Notes under the pieces: model-generated
What the model saw: only the letters and a program-made list of their open reading frames with translations
Database searches by the model: none
What the model was told of the DNA's origin: nothing
NCBI GenBank assembly: GCA_040222015.1
Contig: JAVJWO010000175.1
Location: 1-46,367, forward strand
Origin: Coleofasciculus chthonoplastes F2-STO-03
Lineage (GTDB): Bacteria > Cyanobacteriota > Cyanobacteriia > Cyanobacteriales > Coleofasciculaceae
Direction of reading: 5' to 3'
DNA length: 46,367 nucleotides
Made by a program: the position numbers and the translations under genes
In this document: positions 20,538-30,611 of the stretch, piece after piece
How the letters are laid out: every line of letters starts with the position of its first letter
Numbering within the stretch: position 1 is the stretch's first letter

Positions 20538-21544
20538 ATGCACAACAATACTCTTATTCTATCAATGAGAACACTTCAACTGAAATTATCAGATTTAAAA
20601 TTAACCAATTTTTCTCAGGCAATTAATTTTTTATTATTATTTGTTGCTTTGTTTGCCGTATCGTTTACAGCTATTTTTATTAAAATTTCGGTTAGCGAAA
20701 TTAGTTCTAATGCGACATTATTTAATCGCCTTTGGATTGTTACCATTATTTTTGGAATATGGAATGGCTTCAAAAAATTCAATCTCAAAATTCGGAATCC
20801 GCAACCGATTTAACATCCCCAGCACCTAACTTTCAACCCTGGAAATTTTTTAAACAAGGGGGATTTCTGTTAGTAATTGTGGCAACGCTTCATTTATCTG
20901 GACGTTTTATCTGGACTTGGTCTTTAACCCAAACGACTGCAGCTAATGCAACCGTTCTTTCTAATATGACTCCGGTTTTCACGACTTTGGGGAGTTGGCT
21001 ATTTTTAGGTCACTATTTTGATCGTCGTTTTTTAACGGGTTTAAGTCTGGCAATGTTGGGAACAATTACGTTGGGAGCAAGAGATGTATCGTTTTCGGGT
21101 GGGGAATTCATTGGTGATATAGCTGCTGTCTGTTCGGCGATATTTTACTCTATTGGTGGTTTGATTAGTCAAAAAGTCCGTCAGCATTTTGATTCCGCAA
21201 CGATTTTGATGTGGCGATCTTCATTAAGTACACTTTTTATGCTTCCAGTGGTACTAATTTTTGACAAGCAAATATTGCCAATTTCTCCTTTAGGTTGGGT
21301 TGCTGTGATTGGTTTAGCAGCGCTTTCTGAAGCAACCGGTCACGGTTTAGCTATTTATAGTATGAAACACTTTACCGTTAGTTTTTTGAGCGTATTTTTT
21401 CTGTTAGAGTCTGTGGTTACAGCTCTATTAGCTTGGATTATCTTTGCTGAAAAAGTGGGGGTACTGAACTGTTTCGCATTTTTTGCGATTATAGTAGGAA
21501 TTTATTTCGCTAAAACGGGTAAAGGTGCTGAAATTAAGAAGTAA
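20538..21544 (+). pseudogene. EamA/DMT transporter split by a frameshift at an A6 run
   Basis: ORFs 20538-20813 and 20732-21544 align with the N- and C-terminal parts of 7400-8371; one more A at 20772-20777 restores GFKKIQSQN... Confidence 0.85.
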
Positions 21545-21943
21545 TCAGTCGTCACGAATTTGATTAATAATGGTTGACAGGGGCCAATATCCCCAAGATT
21601 CGGTAATTTTCTGATTTTCAATTTTGAAGATTTCTAAGGCTTCAAACTCGACTTTTGCTCCCTTGGGTTCAATACCAACAAATTCACCTAAGTGGGTAGC
21701 ACTAAACCGTCCCCGAAAGACAACCTTATTGCTTTCTTCAATCAGATCATCAATCACGACTTGAATATCGGGAAAACTTTTATGGGTAAGTTTCAATATT
21801 TTTATCGCCGCTTCTGCGCTCTGAAGGGGTAATCCGTGATCAATGTAATCTGGAGCAACATACTTATGTATCGCTTCGTAATCTTTAGTATTGTAGATTT
21901 GAAAAAAACCCGCTACGATTTCCTTATTGGTGAGATCAGCCAT
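21545..21943 (-). CDS. SnoaL-like / ester cyclase family protein
   Basis: SFPDIQVVIDDLI, ATHLGEFVGIEPKG, KITESW; start moved to MADLTNKE. Confidence 0.85.
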   Translation of the reverse strand: MADLTNKEIVAGFFQIYNTKDYEAIHKYVAPDYIDHGLPLQSAEAAIKILKLTHKSFPDIQVVIDDLIEESNKVVFRGRFSATHLGEFVGIEPKGAKVEFEALEIFKIENQKITESWGYWPLSTIINQIRDD

Positions 21944-21981
21944 AAAATTTATCCCAACTGAGTTCGCATTCATTATACCAC

Positions 21982-22084
21982 TATAGCAATCCGAACTGAG
22001 TCGTGACAATTTTCCGAAACCGGCTTCTTTCTATACCTTGTTTTCGAGCCAATCACTTGTTATATTTTAGTGAAGATTGCTATA
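21982..22084. mobile_element. TA-flanked MITE (TATAGCAATC...GATTGCTATA)
   Basis: Perfect 10-bp terminal inverted repeats; related TATAGCA...TGCTATA elements at 39220-39321 and 42421-42525. Confidence 0.65.
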
Positions 22085-22276
22085 ATTTTAAAGGGTCATA
22101 TTCTATCATTAAGGGGTCAAACCTAAATAAACGGTACTGTATCAAGAGAACCAAAATGATTGTCATTTTTAAATCCAGAAAACTTGAACAGTATTTACCC
22201 AAATTGACATAGCGCCCAAAACCTTTGTCCGACTTCTTAATCATTGCCAAATTATATAGCGTTTGTATAAACTAAA

Positions 22277-23314
22277 ATGAAATACAACAAACTAGGGGAT
22301 AGTGACCTACTGGTATCTCAACTTGGCTTGGGAACGATGACTTATGGAAAACAAAATACCCTAGAGGAAGCCCACCAACAATTAGATTATGCGGTTTCTC
22401 AGGGAGTCAATTTTATTGATACCTCGGAAACTTATCCTTTCCCGAATACCATGGAAACCCCTGGAATAACCGAGGACTATATTGGTCAATGGTTAATTCA
22501 TCAACAACGTGATCAGTTAATTATTGCCACTAAAATAGCCGGAGTTCATCCCCAGTTAACATGGATTAGAAACGGTCAAAATCGTATTAATCACGCTAAT
22601 GTGACAGAAGCAGTAGAAGGTAGTCTAAAACGCTTACAAACTGACTATATTGATTTATATCAGATCCATTGGCCCGATCGCTATGTTCCTTTATTCGGGG
22701 AGCCTGACTATGATCCTCAACGGGAGAGGGACACCGTACCGATCGCGGAACAATTAGAAGTTTTTGCTCGTCTAATTAAAGCCGGTAAAATTCGTTATTT
22801 AGGGATTAGTAATGAAACGCCGTGGGGGGTTTGTGAATTTTGTCATATTGCTCAACAGCTCAATTTACCCAAAATCGTTTCGATTCAGCATGGATTTAGC
22901 CTGATTAATCGTAAGTTTCATACAACGTTAGCTGAAATGTGTCGGTTTAATCATGTAGGATTATTAGCTTATAATCCTTTAGGGTTTGGTATTTTAACGG
23001 GGAAATATGTCTCAGAAATTCCCAAAAACTCTCGGCTCGATTTATTTAAAGGAATTTATTGCCCTGATGATTACCCTAATCTCCTAGAAGCGGGACGGAG
23101 TTATGCTAATTTAGCCCATAACTATGGTATCAAACCCGTACATCTGGCATTAGCTTATGTGAGAACCCGTTGGTTTGTCACCAGTACGATTATTGGCACA
23201 ACAAAGCTCGCACAATTACAAGAAAATTTGAGCAGTATTGATGTTGAACTAGATGAGGCAATTTTAAAAGAAATTGATGCTATTCATCGCCGTTATCCTA
23301 ATCCAACTCCCTAA
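22277..23314 (+). CDS. Aldo/keto reductase (Tas-like)
   Basis: LGLGTMTYG, NFIDTSETY, SLKRLQTDYIDLYQIHWPDR, GISNETPWG. Confidence 0.92.
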   Translation: MKYNKLGDSDLLVSQLGLGTMTYGKQNTLEEAHQQLDYAVSQGVNFIDTSETYPFPNTMETPGITEDYIGQWLIHQQRDQLIIATKIAGVHPQLTWIRNGQNRINHANVTEAVEGSLKRLQTDYIDLYQIHWPDRYVPLFGEPDYDPQRERDTVPIAEQLEVFARLIKAGKIRYLGISNETPWGVCEFCHIAQQLNLPKIVSIQHGFSLINRKFHTTLAEMCRFNHVGLLAYNPLGFGILTGKYVSEIPKNSRLDLFKGIYCPDDYPNLLEAGRSYANLAHNYGIKPVHLALAYVRTRWFVTSTIIGTTKLAQLQENLSSIDVELDEAILKEIDAIHRRYPNPTP

Positions 23315-23381
23315 GTTGTCATCGAAATTGCTAATTAAGACTAAGGGGAAGTCGGTCAAGTATATCCTGATCAAGAATAAC

Positions 23382-23470
23382 AGGACTTATGCAGATACTC
23401 CACAGATGGTGGCAAAGGTGCGTTACGCTTCGCTAACACACCCTACACATAGAAGCTTTGCGTAAGTCCT
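23382..23470. mobile_element. MITE with AGGACTTATGCA...TGCGTAAGTCCT ends carrying an internal REP-like unit
   Basis: 11 of 12 bp terminal inverted repeat; internal 23417-23446 is the reverse complement of 13167-13196. Confidence 0.65.
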
Positions 23471-23512
23471 AAGTAAAATACAGGGTTGTTTTTGTTTTAT
23501 TAATTTAAGCGC

Positions 23513-24739
23513 ATGAGAATTCTCTTTGTTATTAACTTGCCTTACAGCAGCATAGAAATCTTAGCACAAGAGGCTCTTTCGGTTCTGGAACCTCAAGGAA
23601 TTGAAAGCCTCTGGGTATATATGAATCAGTTTATAGAACTGATTGATACCTGTCCCGAAATGTTGAAATTCGTGGACTTGATTCATTTTATGATTGATGT
23701 TCAATCCTTCTCGTATGACCATATCAAAAAAGCGGCTGAGTTGCGCCCGATCCTAACCAGCTATCACCATTGGAACTTTAAAGAAATACCAAAACAGTTG
23801 GAGTTAGTTGATCACATATTTTACGTCGCAAAAGGTTTAGAATCAGAAGTACAACAGCTAAAACCTGAAAAAGCCACCACAAGTCTTGTCTGTAATGGAG
23901 TAGATACAAAAGTATTTTGTCCAACTCTCAATCAAAAAAATTATGATAATTTTGTGATTGGGTTTTTCGGAACGCAACGTCCAAATAGTCGTAGCGATCA
24001 CAAAGGGAGTCGGCTACTACTAGAAGCGACAAAAATCATGATTGCATCTGGATACAAACCCGCTTTTTTAATTATGGGTTACGGCTGGAAAAATTTCGTC
24101 CCGGCTCTGAGAAAACTAGGTTGTCAGGTTTCCTATAAAGTCAGTGTTCCACGAGAAGATGTCCCTAAATACTATCATCAACTCGACCTCTATATGATAA
24201 CATCACGCATCGAAGGCGGTCCCTTAACCCTTCTAGAAGCGGGAGCTTGTGGTATTCCAATCATATCAACTCCCGTCGGTATTGCGGTAGAACTTCTTGC
24301 CAAACCTGGATGTGGCAAACTGCTTTCGGGATTCGATAGTCAAGAAATCGCCGAAGCGATCATTTTTAATATGGAAAATCCCCAGATAGCTCAAGCAAGA
24401 GCTGAAGTTTTACTCCAAGAAATCCGTCAATCTTGGACTTGGGAAGAGTCTTATAAAGACTTACCTAAAACGTATTTTGATATCTATAACAGAATAGCTA
24501 AATCAGCGCCGCTAAAGTTATCGAGCATCAATCGGGGTGATATACCCCCCTATCTTAATTTGCAACAAGATGCTGTCTTACAACGAAGCATTGCTAGAAA
24601 CTATGCTTTGTTTTATTTTGCCTTCTGTCTCTATGATCACGGTGAAAAAATCGCCGCTTTACGGACAGGATTACCTCTTTTAAATAAGATAAAACCTAGC
24701 TATTTTTGGCAGGAACTTCAGCGCGAGGAACATTGGTAA
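23513..24739 (+). CDS. Glycosyltransferase family 4 (GT-B)
   Basis: NGVD, HKG, SRIEGGPLTLLEAGACGIPIISTPVG (EX7E). Confidence 0.88.
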   Translation: MRILFVINLPYSSIEILAQEALSVLEPQGIESLWVYMNQFIELIDTCPEMLKFVDLIHFMIDVQSFSYDHIKKAAELRPILTSYHHWNFKEIPKQLELVDHIFYVAKGLESEVQQLKPEKATTSLVCNGVDTKVFCPTLNQKNYDNFVIGFFGTQRPNSRSDHKGSRLLLEATKIMIASGYKPAFLIMGYGWKNFVPALRKLGCQVSYKVSVPREDVPKYYHQLDLYMITSRIEGGPLTLLEAGACGIPIISTPVGIAVELLAKPGCGKLLSGFDSQEIAEAIIFNMENPQIAQARAEVLLQEIRQSWTWEESYKDLPKTYFDIYNRIAKSAPLKLSSINRGDIPPYLNLQQDAVLQRSIARNYALFYFAFCLYDHGEKIAALRTGLPLLNKIKPSYFWQELQREEHW

Positions 24740-24807
24740 AAGCTTCGGTACAGGGGTGAGGGCGCAAGGATGGTGCCCCTACGTTCACACTCCTATAGAC
24801 TGGCGAT

Positions 24808-25452
24808 CTAGATCGGATACTCATATTTTTTAAACCAATCTCGATATTTTTTCTCAATTTCTTCCACTAAATTTTTATCTAAATAGTTAACCCAATAACC
24901 CTTACTACCATCAGTAATATGATTGCTGTGGAAAAGATTAGTCTTGTGGTGAATATCATCCCGCTCACCCTCACTTTCATAAGATAAATTATTGATTTCC
25001 TCAACAATAGCTGATGCGTCCACAGAACCTACCTCACAACGTCGAGCTAATTCCTCTATAACAGTATTTTTTTGATTGAGAATCCGATCATAAGGAACTA
25101 CTATATCAGCCACATTGATCCATTTTTCGTGGGTTTGTATGAGAGAGTCAGCGGATTCAATGGATGGAGGCGTTGTAAATGTTCTCAAATTACTTGCCAG
25201 CACGTCTCGAATATCTCTATACGAATACACAATCAAGTGCGCTTTATTGACGATCATTTCGTTGAAATCATGGATTTTGATCAGCGTGTATTCTTTTTCC
25301 GGTATCTTCTTATACTTCCAATCTCCTGACCATCCACAACTAAAATTATTCTTGATTGTCGGTGAACTACAAAGTACTAGGCGAGTAGCATTATATAACC
25401 ATGTACTCCCAGATCTCAGCATACCTGAAGCGACAAATAACTTTGATTTCAT
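24808..25452 (-). CDS. PAPS-dependent sulfotransferase
   Basis: 5'-PSB loop GMLRSGSTW, KIH, 3'-PB YRDIRDVLAS. Confidence 0.82.
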   Translation of the reverse strand: MKSKLFVASGMLRSGSTWLYNATRLVLCSSPTIKNNFSCGWSGDWKYKKIPEKEYTLIKIHDFNEMIVNKAHLIVYSYRDIRDVLASNLRTFTTPPSIESADSLIQTHEKWINVADIVVPYDRILNQKNTVIEELARRCEVGSVDASAIVEEINNLSYESEGERDDIHHKTNLFHSNHITDGSKGYWVNYLDKNLVEEIEKKYRDWFKKYEYPI

Positions 25453-25538
25453 GGCAATACATCCCTTTTTTTGCGTAAAACCCTGAGATTCTTTAACTCA
25501 TTATATAGGGTGTTGTTTAAATTGATCATAAACTTAGT

Positions 25539-26897
25539 TTAAATCCTGTCTTCCCGAAAGGGAGTCCTGGATAATCCATCGGTTAAGTTTATCACTAAAT
25601 AGACCAATAGTGCAACGGTTTTGACCAACAAAAATAATGTCATTGATAACCATAAAACATGGTTATTATGCAAATACCACGTGGCTACAGCCGGTGGGAT
25701 AAATCCCCAAACACTAGCCAGCAAACTGGTATCACGAACGACTTTTCCATCCGCTAAACCGACAAAATATCCTTCTAACATTGTAGAAGCTGAGGCAAGG
25801 GTTAATAGAAAAAACAACCACCAAATATAAATATGTATCTGGCTATTAATTTCTGATTTATTGGTGAATATAGAAAATATAGTGTGAGGGAACAAAACAC
25901 AAATTATAGCAATAGTTAAAGCTAGTATTAAGCTACTAATCATGGCGACCCTTAGTAAAGGCAAAAACTTTTCTGAGGATTTTTGACCTTTGAAGTTTCC
26001 GGATAATGTTTCTGTGGCAAATACCAAGCCATCCGTTAAATAAACACTAAGATGGCTGATTTGTCCGAGTAAGAAATTCTGAGTAAACGTAATCGTCCCC
26101 ATCATGGCACTTAATTTACCAAAAAATGCTAATACTGATAATTCACTGATGTTGCTGATCAAGATATCCCGATTAAAAGAAAACGTTTGTTTAATGGCAG
26201 ATGGCTCGAAAATTTGTGTTATTCCTGTTTTTATTTCTTGCCAGGAAAAGTCTCGATTAGAAAAGATTAAAGCGATAAAACACATAAGATATTGACTACA
26301 AGCCAGAGACGTTCCTGCCCCTTTGCTCTCCCAATTCAATTGAAGAATAAATACATAGTCTAAAAGAACATTAAAGGCATTGCCAAAAAATGATAAGATT
26401 AAGACTTGACTGTTTTTCTCTCTGCCCAGAAGCCAACCGATCAGCACAAAGTTAAGTAACACGGCTGGTGCGCCCCAAATCCGAGCATTAAAATAATTAA
26501 TCGCTGACTCTTTTACCGTTACGTCAGCATTCAACAACGAAAAACCGATCTCTCGTAAAGGATACTGACAAATAACCAGAATCATCCCTAATGTCAAAGC
26601 GATTAATCCATTTCTTAATCCTATTAATAGTATTTCTTGTCGGTCATCGGCTCCCACAGCTTGAGCCGTAACCCCTGTGGTTGCCATGCGTAAGAACGCG
26701 AGCGTTAAATAAACGACATTAAAGATGATATTCGCTAAAGAAACCCCGGCTAAGGAACTAATTTCACTGAGATGACCCAAAAAAGCAACACTGATTAAAC
26801 CTGCTAAGGGAATCATCAAATTGGAAAGAATATTAATGATCGCTAGTCGATAAAAGCGAGGAATAAAATCATAGTGATTCGTCAGTATTAAGGTCAT
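25539..26897 (-). CDS. MATE (DinF-like) efflux transporter
   Basis: LSNLMIPLAGL..AFLGHL, FLRMATTGVTAQA, NARIWGAPA; about 12 TM. Confidence 0.9.
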   Translation of the reverse strand: MTLILTNHYDFIPRFYRLAIINILSNLMIPLAGLISVAFLGHLSEISSLAGVSLANIIFNVVYLTLAFLRMATTGVTAQAVGADDRQEILLIGLRNGLIALTLGMILVICQYPLREIGFSLLNADVTVKESAINYFNARIWGAPAVLLNFVLIGWLLGREKNSQVLILSFFGNAFNVLLDYVFILQLNWESKGAGTSLACSQYLMCFIALIFSNRDFSWQEIKTGITQIFEPSAIKQTFSFNRDILISNISELSVLAFFGKLSAMMGTITFTQNFLLGQISHLSVYLTDGLVFATETLSGNFKGQKSSEKFLPLLRVAMISSLILALTIAIICVLFPHTIFSIFTNKSEINSQIHIYIWWLFFLLTLASASTMLEGYFVGLADGKVVRDTSLLASVWGFIPPAVATWYLHNNHVLWLSMTLFLLVKTVALLVYLVINLTDGLSRTPFREDRI

Positions 26898-27076
26898 AGG
26901 TTAAGAGACTTCACTTTTACAGCAAATTTCAAGTTGATGAATTACAGTCTATGCCAGCCAAAACCCCGACCTCTTCAAGAAGTCGGGGATCTTTGTACTA
27001 AGAATTAATTTAATACAGTACAGGGCTACTGAAAGCTTACATCATAATCCTTGATTTGATGAGTAAACTAGGTCGT

Positions 27077-27289
27077 TTACCTCTGTTCTAATTGCTCAAC
27101 TTCCTTTTCAGTACGTTCGTTCGGGTTGGTGGGATTCCAGTCGGGAAATAGCCCAACGAAGAATTGATTGATGCTGGTGCGGGTGTTGCGGCTAGCATCA
27201 TCTAGCGGTGCAGGTAGGACGCGATCGCCTAAGGTGATAAACAGCAAGGCTAGGATAAACAATGGTCCGAGAAGATTTTTGAAACGCAT
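27077..27289 (-). CDS. Small cyanobacterial hypothetical protein with an N-terminal hydrophobic segment
   Basis: GGAGG RBS before ATG 27289; MRFKNLLGPLFILALLFITLGDRVLP... Confidence 0.65.
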   Translation of the reverse strand: MRFKNLLGPLFILALLFITLGDRVLPAPLDDASRNTRTSINQFFVGLFPDWNPTNPNERTEKEVEQLEQR

Positions 27290-27586
27290 GACTCGCCTCC
27301 CAGTCGCATCAATAAATTGTGATTGATTACTGCTAGTTTTCCCATAGGTCAAGATAAAACTAGCATTTTTTAAATATTCTTTACATTCTAGGTAAAACCA
27401 GGTTCCCCTGCGCCCTCTGCTCCCCCAGCGTCCAGACGCGCCATGGCACGTCTCTACATTGCTTCCCCTGCTTTTCAGTTTAAGTTGACACCAATACGGT
27501 CAAACCCGCCTCTACACACTCCCTCAATCTAGACGTCGGTTCAGATAGTGCGCTATGATTAGAGGCTGTGATTTTTTTAAAAAACC

Positions 27587-27949
27587 ATGAATGCTCAAGA
27601 GGTTATTCGCTCCATAGAAGCGGAACAGCTTAAATCCGACTTACCGACAGTCCATGTTGGTGACACAGTTAGAGTCGGTGTCCGTATTCGCGAAGGGAAC
27701 AAGGAACGGGTTCAGCCCTACGAAGGTACCGTGATTGCCATGCGTAACGGGGGTATCAACCAAACGATTACCGTGCGGCGTATCTTCCAAGGTGTTGGTG
27801 TAGAACGGGTTTTTCTGCTCCATTCCCCCCGAATTGCCAGTATTAAAATTGTGCGACGAGGTAAGGTGCGTCGGGCGAAGCTCTTTTATTTGCGAGAGCG
27901 TGTGGGTAAAGCGACTCGGGTTAAGCAGCGCTTTGACCGGGGGATTTAG
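27587..27949 (+). CDS. rplS: 50S ribosomal protein L19
   Basis: [33 protein letters not shown]. Confidence 0.98.
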   Translation: MNAQEVIRSIEAEQLKSDLPTVHVGDTVRVGVRIREGNKERVQPYEGTVIAMRNGGINQTITVRRIFQGVGVERVFLLHSPRIASIKIVRRGKVRRAKLFYLRERVGKATRVKQRFDRGI

Positions 27950-28041
27950 ATTTTTTTGGATATTGGCTTGGTATTCATGCCCTCAGTGCGTTACACTAAG
28001 TAAAGCAAAGGGGATAAATTCACCTCTACCAGCCAACCCAA

Positions 28042-28114
28042 GCGCTCTTAGTTCAGTTGGTAGAACGCAGGTCTCCAAAACCTGATGTCGGGGGTTCAAG
28101 TCCTCCAGGGCGCG
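28042..28114 (+). tRNA. trnW: tRNA-Trp (CCA)
   Basis: 73-nt cloverleaf; anticodon arm CAGGT-CTCCAAA-ACCTG; GGTTCAAGTCC T-arm; canonical position before secE. Confidence 0.97.
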
Positions 28115-28267
28115 TTCTAAATCTATAAAATATTAAAAGGCTGGGGGAGCATCAGCGGTTCTACCCAGATCTTGTCAACTTCACGGATGAGTGAAGCAGG
28201 TTAATATGAGTGATGAACGCTGGGTTGAACAGCTCTGATAATCAGTAGAAGGGGGAAGTCAACTATT

Positions 28268-28498
28268 GTGGCAAAGAAAACTAAAACGGAAACAGAGTCT
28301 CAGCAAAAAGCCTCTGGGTTTAATGTTGTAACGTTTCTTCAAGACACCAAAGAAGAACTCAGTAAAGTCGTCTGGCCCTCTCGGCAGCAACTGATTAGCG
28401 AATCGGCTGCCGTGTTATTGATGGTCGTTCTATCAGCCACCCTAATCTATTTAGTGGATGGCTTATTCTTGTGGGCATCACAACAGGTATTTGGATGA
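28268..28498 (+). CDS. secE: Preprotein translocase subunit SecE
   Basis: ELSKVVWPSRQQL plus one TM. Confidence 0.96.
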   Translation: MAKKTKTETESQQKASGFNVVTFLQDTKEELSKVVWPSRQQLISESAAVLLMVVLSATLIYLVDGLFLWASQQVFG

Positions 28499-29112
28499 GT
28501 TTTGCAGCAAACGAATCATACGATCGCGATTCACAGTTTCAAGAATCCCCATCTGCCCGTTGGTATGCGGTTCAGGTGGCATCCGGCTGTGAGAAGCGGG
28601 TAAAGACAAATCTAGAACAGCGAGTGCAAACCCTAGATGTCGCTGACCGAATCTTGAGAGTTCAGATTCCCCAAACCCCGACGGTAAAAATCCGTAAGGA
28701 TGGATCTCGCCAGCACTCTGAAGAAAAGGTCTTCCCTGGCTACGTCTTGGTCGAAATGGTCATGGATGATGAAAGCTGGCAGGTTGTCAAAAACACACCC
28801 AATGTGATTAATTTTGTAGGGGCAGAACAGAAACGTCGCTATGGACGGGGGCGAGGTCACGTTAAACCTGTACCCTTGAGTCCAGGGGAAGTCGAACGGA
28901 TCTTCAAGCAAACCGAAGAACAAGAGCCAGTCATTAAAGTGGACATGGCTGTTGGTGACAAAATCATCGTGCTATCAGGTCCGTTTAAAGACTTTGAAGG
29001 CGAAGTGATTGAAGTTAGCCCCGAACGCAGTAAGCTCAAGGCGTTACTCTCCATTTTTGGGCGAGATACGCCAGTGGAACTAGAATTCAATCAGGTGGAA
29101 AAAACAGGCTAA
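28495..29112 (+). CDS. nusG: Transcription termination/antitermination factor NusG
   Basis: [44 protein letters not shown] overlap with secE. Confidence 0.97.
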   Translation: MSFAANESYDRDSQFQESPSARWYAVQVASGCEKRVKTNLEQRVQTLDVADRILRVQIPQTPTVKIRKDGSRQHSEEKVFPGYVLVEMVMDDESWQVVKNTPNVINFVGAEQKRRYGRGRGHVKPVPLSPGEVERIFKQTEEQEPVIKVDMAVGDKIIVLSGPFKDFEGEVIEVSPERSKLKALLSIFGRDTPVELEFNQVEKTG

Positions 29113-29114
29113 GA

Positions 29115-29540
29115 ATGGCAAAAAAAATCGTTGCAGTTATTAAGTTGGCGCTCCCTGCGGGGAAAGCCAACCCGGCTCCCCCAGTAGGACCAGCACTCGG
29201 TCAACATGGGGTGAATATTATGGCGTTTTGTAAAGAATACAACGCCAAGACCGCCGACCAAGTGGGAATGGTTATCCCTGTGGAAATCTCGGTGTTTGAG
29301 GATCGTAGTTTTACCTTTATCCTCAAAACCCCGCCCGCATCCGTGCTGATTAAAAAAGCAGCCGGGATTGAAAAAGGCGCCAGTGAACCCAATCGGCAAA
29401 AAGTCGCCACGATTACAAAGGCGCAACTCCAAGAAATCGCCCAGACGAAAATGCCTGACCTCAATGCTAATGATATTGAAGCAGCCATGAAAATCGTCGA
29501 AGGGACTGCCCGGAATATGGGCGTCGCGATCGCAGAATAG
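29115..29540 (+). CDS. rplK: 50S ribosomal protein L11
   Basis: [22 protein letters not shown]. Confidence 0.98.
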   Translation: MAKKIVAVIKLALPAGKANPAPPVGPALGQHGVNIMAFCKEYNAKTADQVGMVIPVEISVFEDRSFTFILKTPPASVLIKKAAGIEKGASEPNRQKVATITKAQLQEIAQTKMPDLNANDIEAAMKIVEGTARNMGVAIAE

Positions 29541-29600
29541 TCCCTGGGTTGAAGTTTAAGTGCCATCAACCCGCAATTGCAGACCGTTGTCAACCTAATT

Positions 29601-29635
29601 TGGGGGAGAGGCGAGACGCTTCGTTAGTCACCCCA
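29601..29635 (+). promoter_or_regulatory. Putative L1-binding autoregulatory mRNA site before rplA
   Basis: GGGGAG-hairpin-CGTTAGTCACCCC resembles the L1 target motif and sits directly before the rplA RBS. Confidence 0.55.
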
Positions 29636-29645
29636 GGAGAGATAA

Positions 29646-30362
29646 ATGCCTAGAAAACTGTCACGTCGATTACAAGAATTACAAAGCAAGGTCGAAGAAC
29701 GACCTTATGAACCTACAGAAGCCCTGAAGCTGTTAAAAGAAACCGCAACGGCAAAATTCCCGGAATCCGCCGAAGCCCATATCCGCTTGGGAATTGATCC
29801 CAAATACACCGATCAGCAACTGCGGACAACCGTATCCCTACCCAAAGGAACGGGTCAGGTGGTGCGAGTCGCCGTCATAGCCAAAGGCGAAAAAGTCACC
29901 GAAGCGACTAATGCGGGAGCAGATATTGCCGGTTCGGAAGAATTAATTGGCGAAATCCAAAATGGGATGATGGATTTTGACCGCTTGATTGCCACACCAG
30001 ACATGATGCCCCAAGTGGCGAAGTTAGGACGCCTCCTCGGACCCAGGGGCTTGATGCCTTCCCCAAAAGGCGGTACTGTTACCTTCGACCTAACTCAGGC
30101 GATCGAAGAATTCAAAGCAGGTAAACTTGAATTTCGTGCCGATCGCACAGGCATCGTTCATGTTATGTTTGGTAAGGCATCGTTTCCAGCGGAAGATTTG
30201 TTGGTTAATCTAAAGTCTTTACAGGAAACGATTGACCGCAATCGTCCCTCCGGGGCGAAAGGTCGCTTTTGGCGCAGTATATTTATCAGTGCGACCATGG
30301 GACCGGCGATTGAAGTCGATATCCCTAGCTTACGGGACATGAAAACAGCTGAAGCTGCGTAA
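29646..30362 (+). CDS. rplA: 50S ribosomal protein L1
   Basis: [28 protein letters not shown]. Confidence 0.98.
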   Translation: MPRKLSRRLQELQSKVEERPYEPTEALKLLKETATAKFPESAEAHIRLGIDPKYTDQQLRTTVSLPKGTGQVVRVAVIAKGEKVTEATNAGADIAGSEELIGEIQNGMMDFDRLIATPDMMPQVAKLGRLLGPRGLMPSPKGGTVTFDLTQAIEEFKAGKLEFRADRTGIVHVMFGKASFPAEDLLVNLKSLQETIDRNRPSGAKGRFWRSIFISATMGPAIEVDIPSLRDMKTAEAA

Positions 30363-30413
30363 TCTGAACCGTTATTTTTGCAGTCTACAATCCAATAATT
30401 GCATTGGCTTGTA

Positions 30414-30546
30414 CCAAAGACAGCAGGTGTTCATCACTTAATATCCTGCCGAGGTCAACGCCCGAAGTATCCACTGTCACTTTACATCTAAACCAAAGTA
30501 CAGGTATTAAAGATACTCAGCGTAACCCCGGCATGTCCGGGGTTTC
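30414..30546 (+). ncRNA. Ribosomal protein L10 leader
   Basis: CCAAAGACAGCAGG...TTAATATCCTGCCGAGG core and a downstream CCCCGG...CCGGGG hairpin, upstream of rplJ. Confidence 0.8.
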
Positions 30547-30611
30547 GTTATGGCTGAGGGCAGGATTTTCCCACTGGCAACTCTGAAAGGAAAAAAGGAG
30601 GTGAAACAAGC

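Noticed and set aside
24808..26897. Saxitoxin or guanitoxin cluster, suggested by MATE, DMT and sulfotransferase
   Set aside because: No core biosynthetic genes (sxtA-like PKS, amidinotransferase, gnt enzymes) are recognisable in the window
28042..28114. tRNA-Trp as the integration site of the island
   Set aside because: No integrase and no duplicated tRNA 3' end seen; the tRNA lies inside the conserved rplS-secE block
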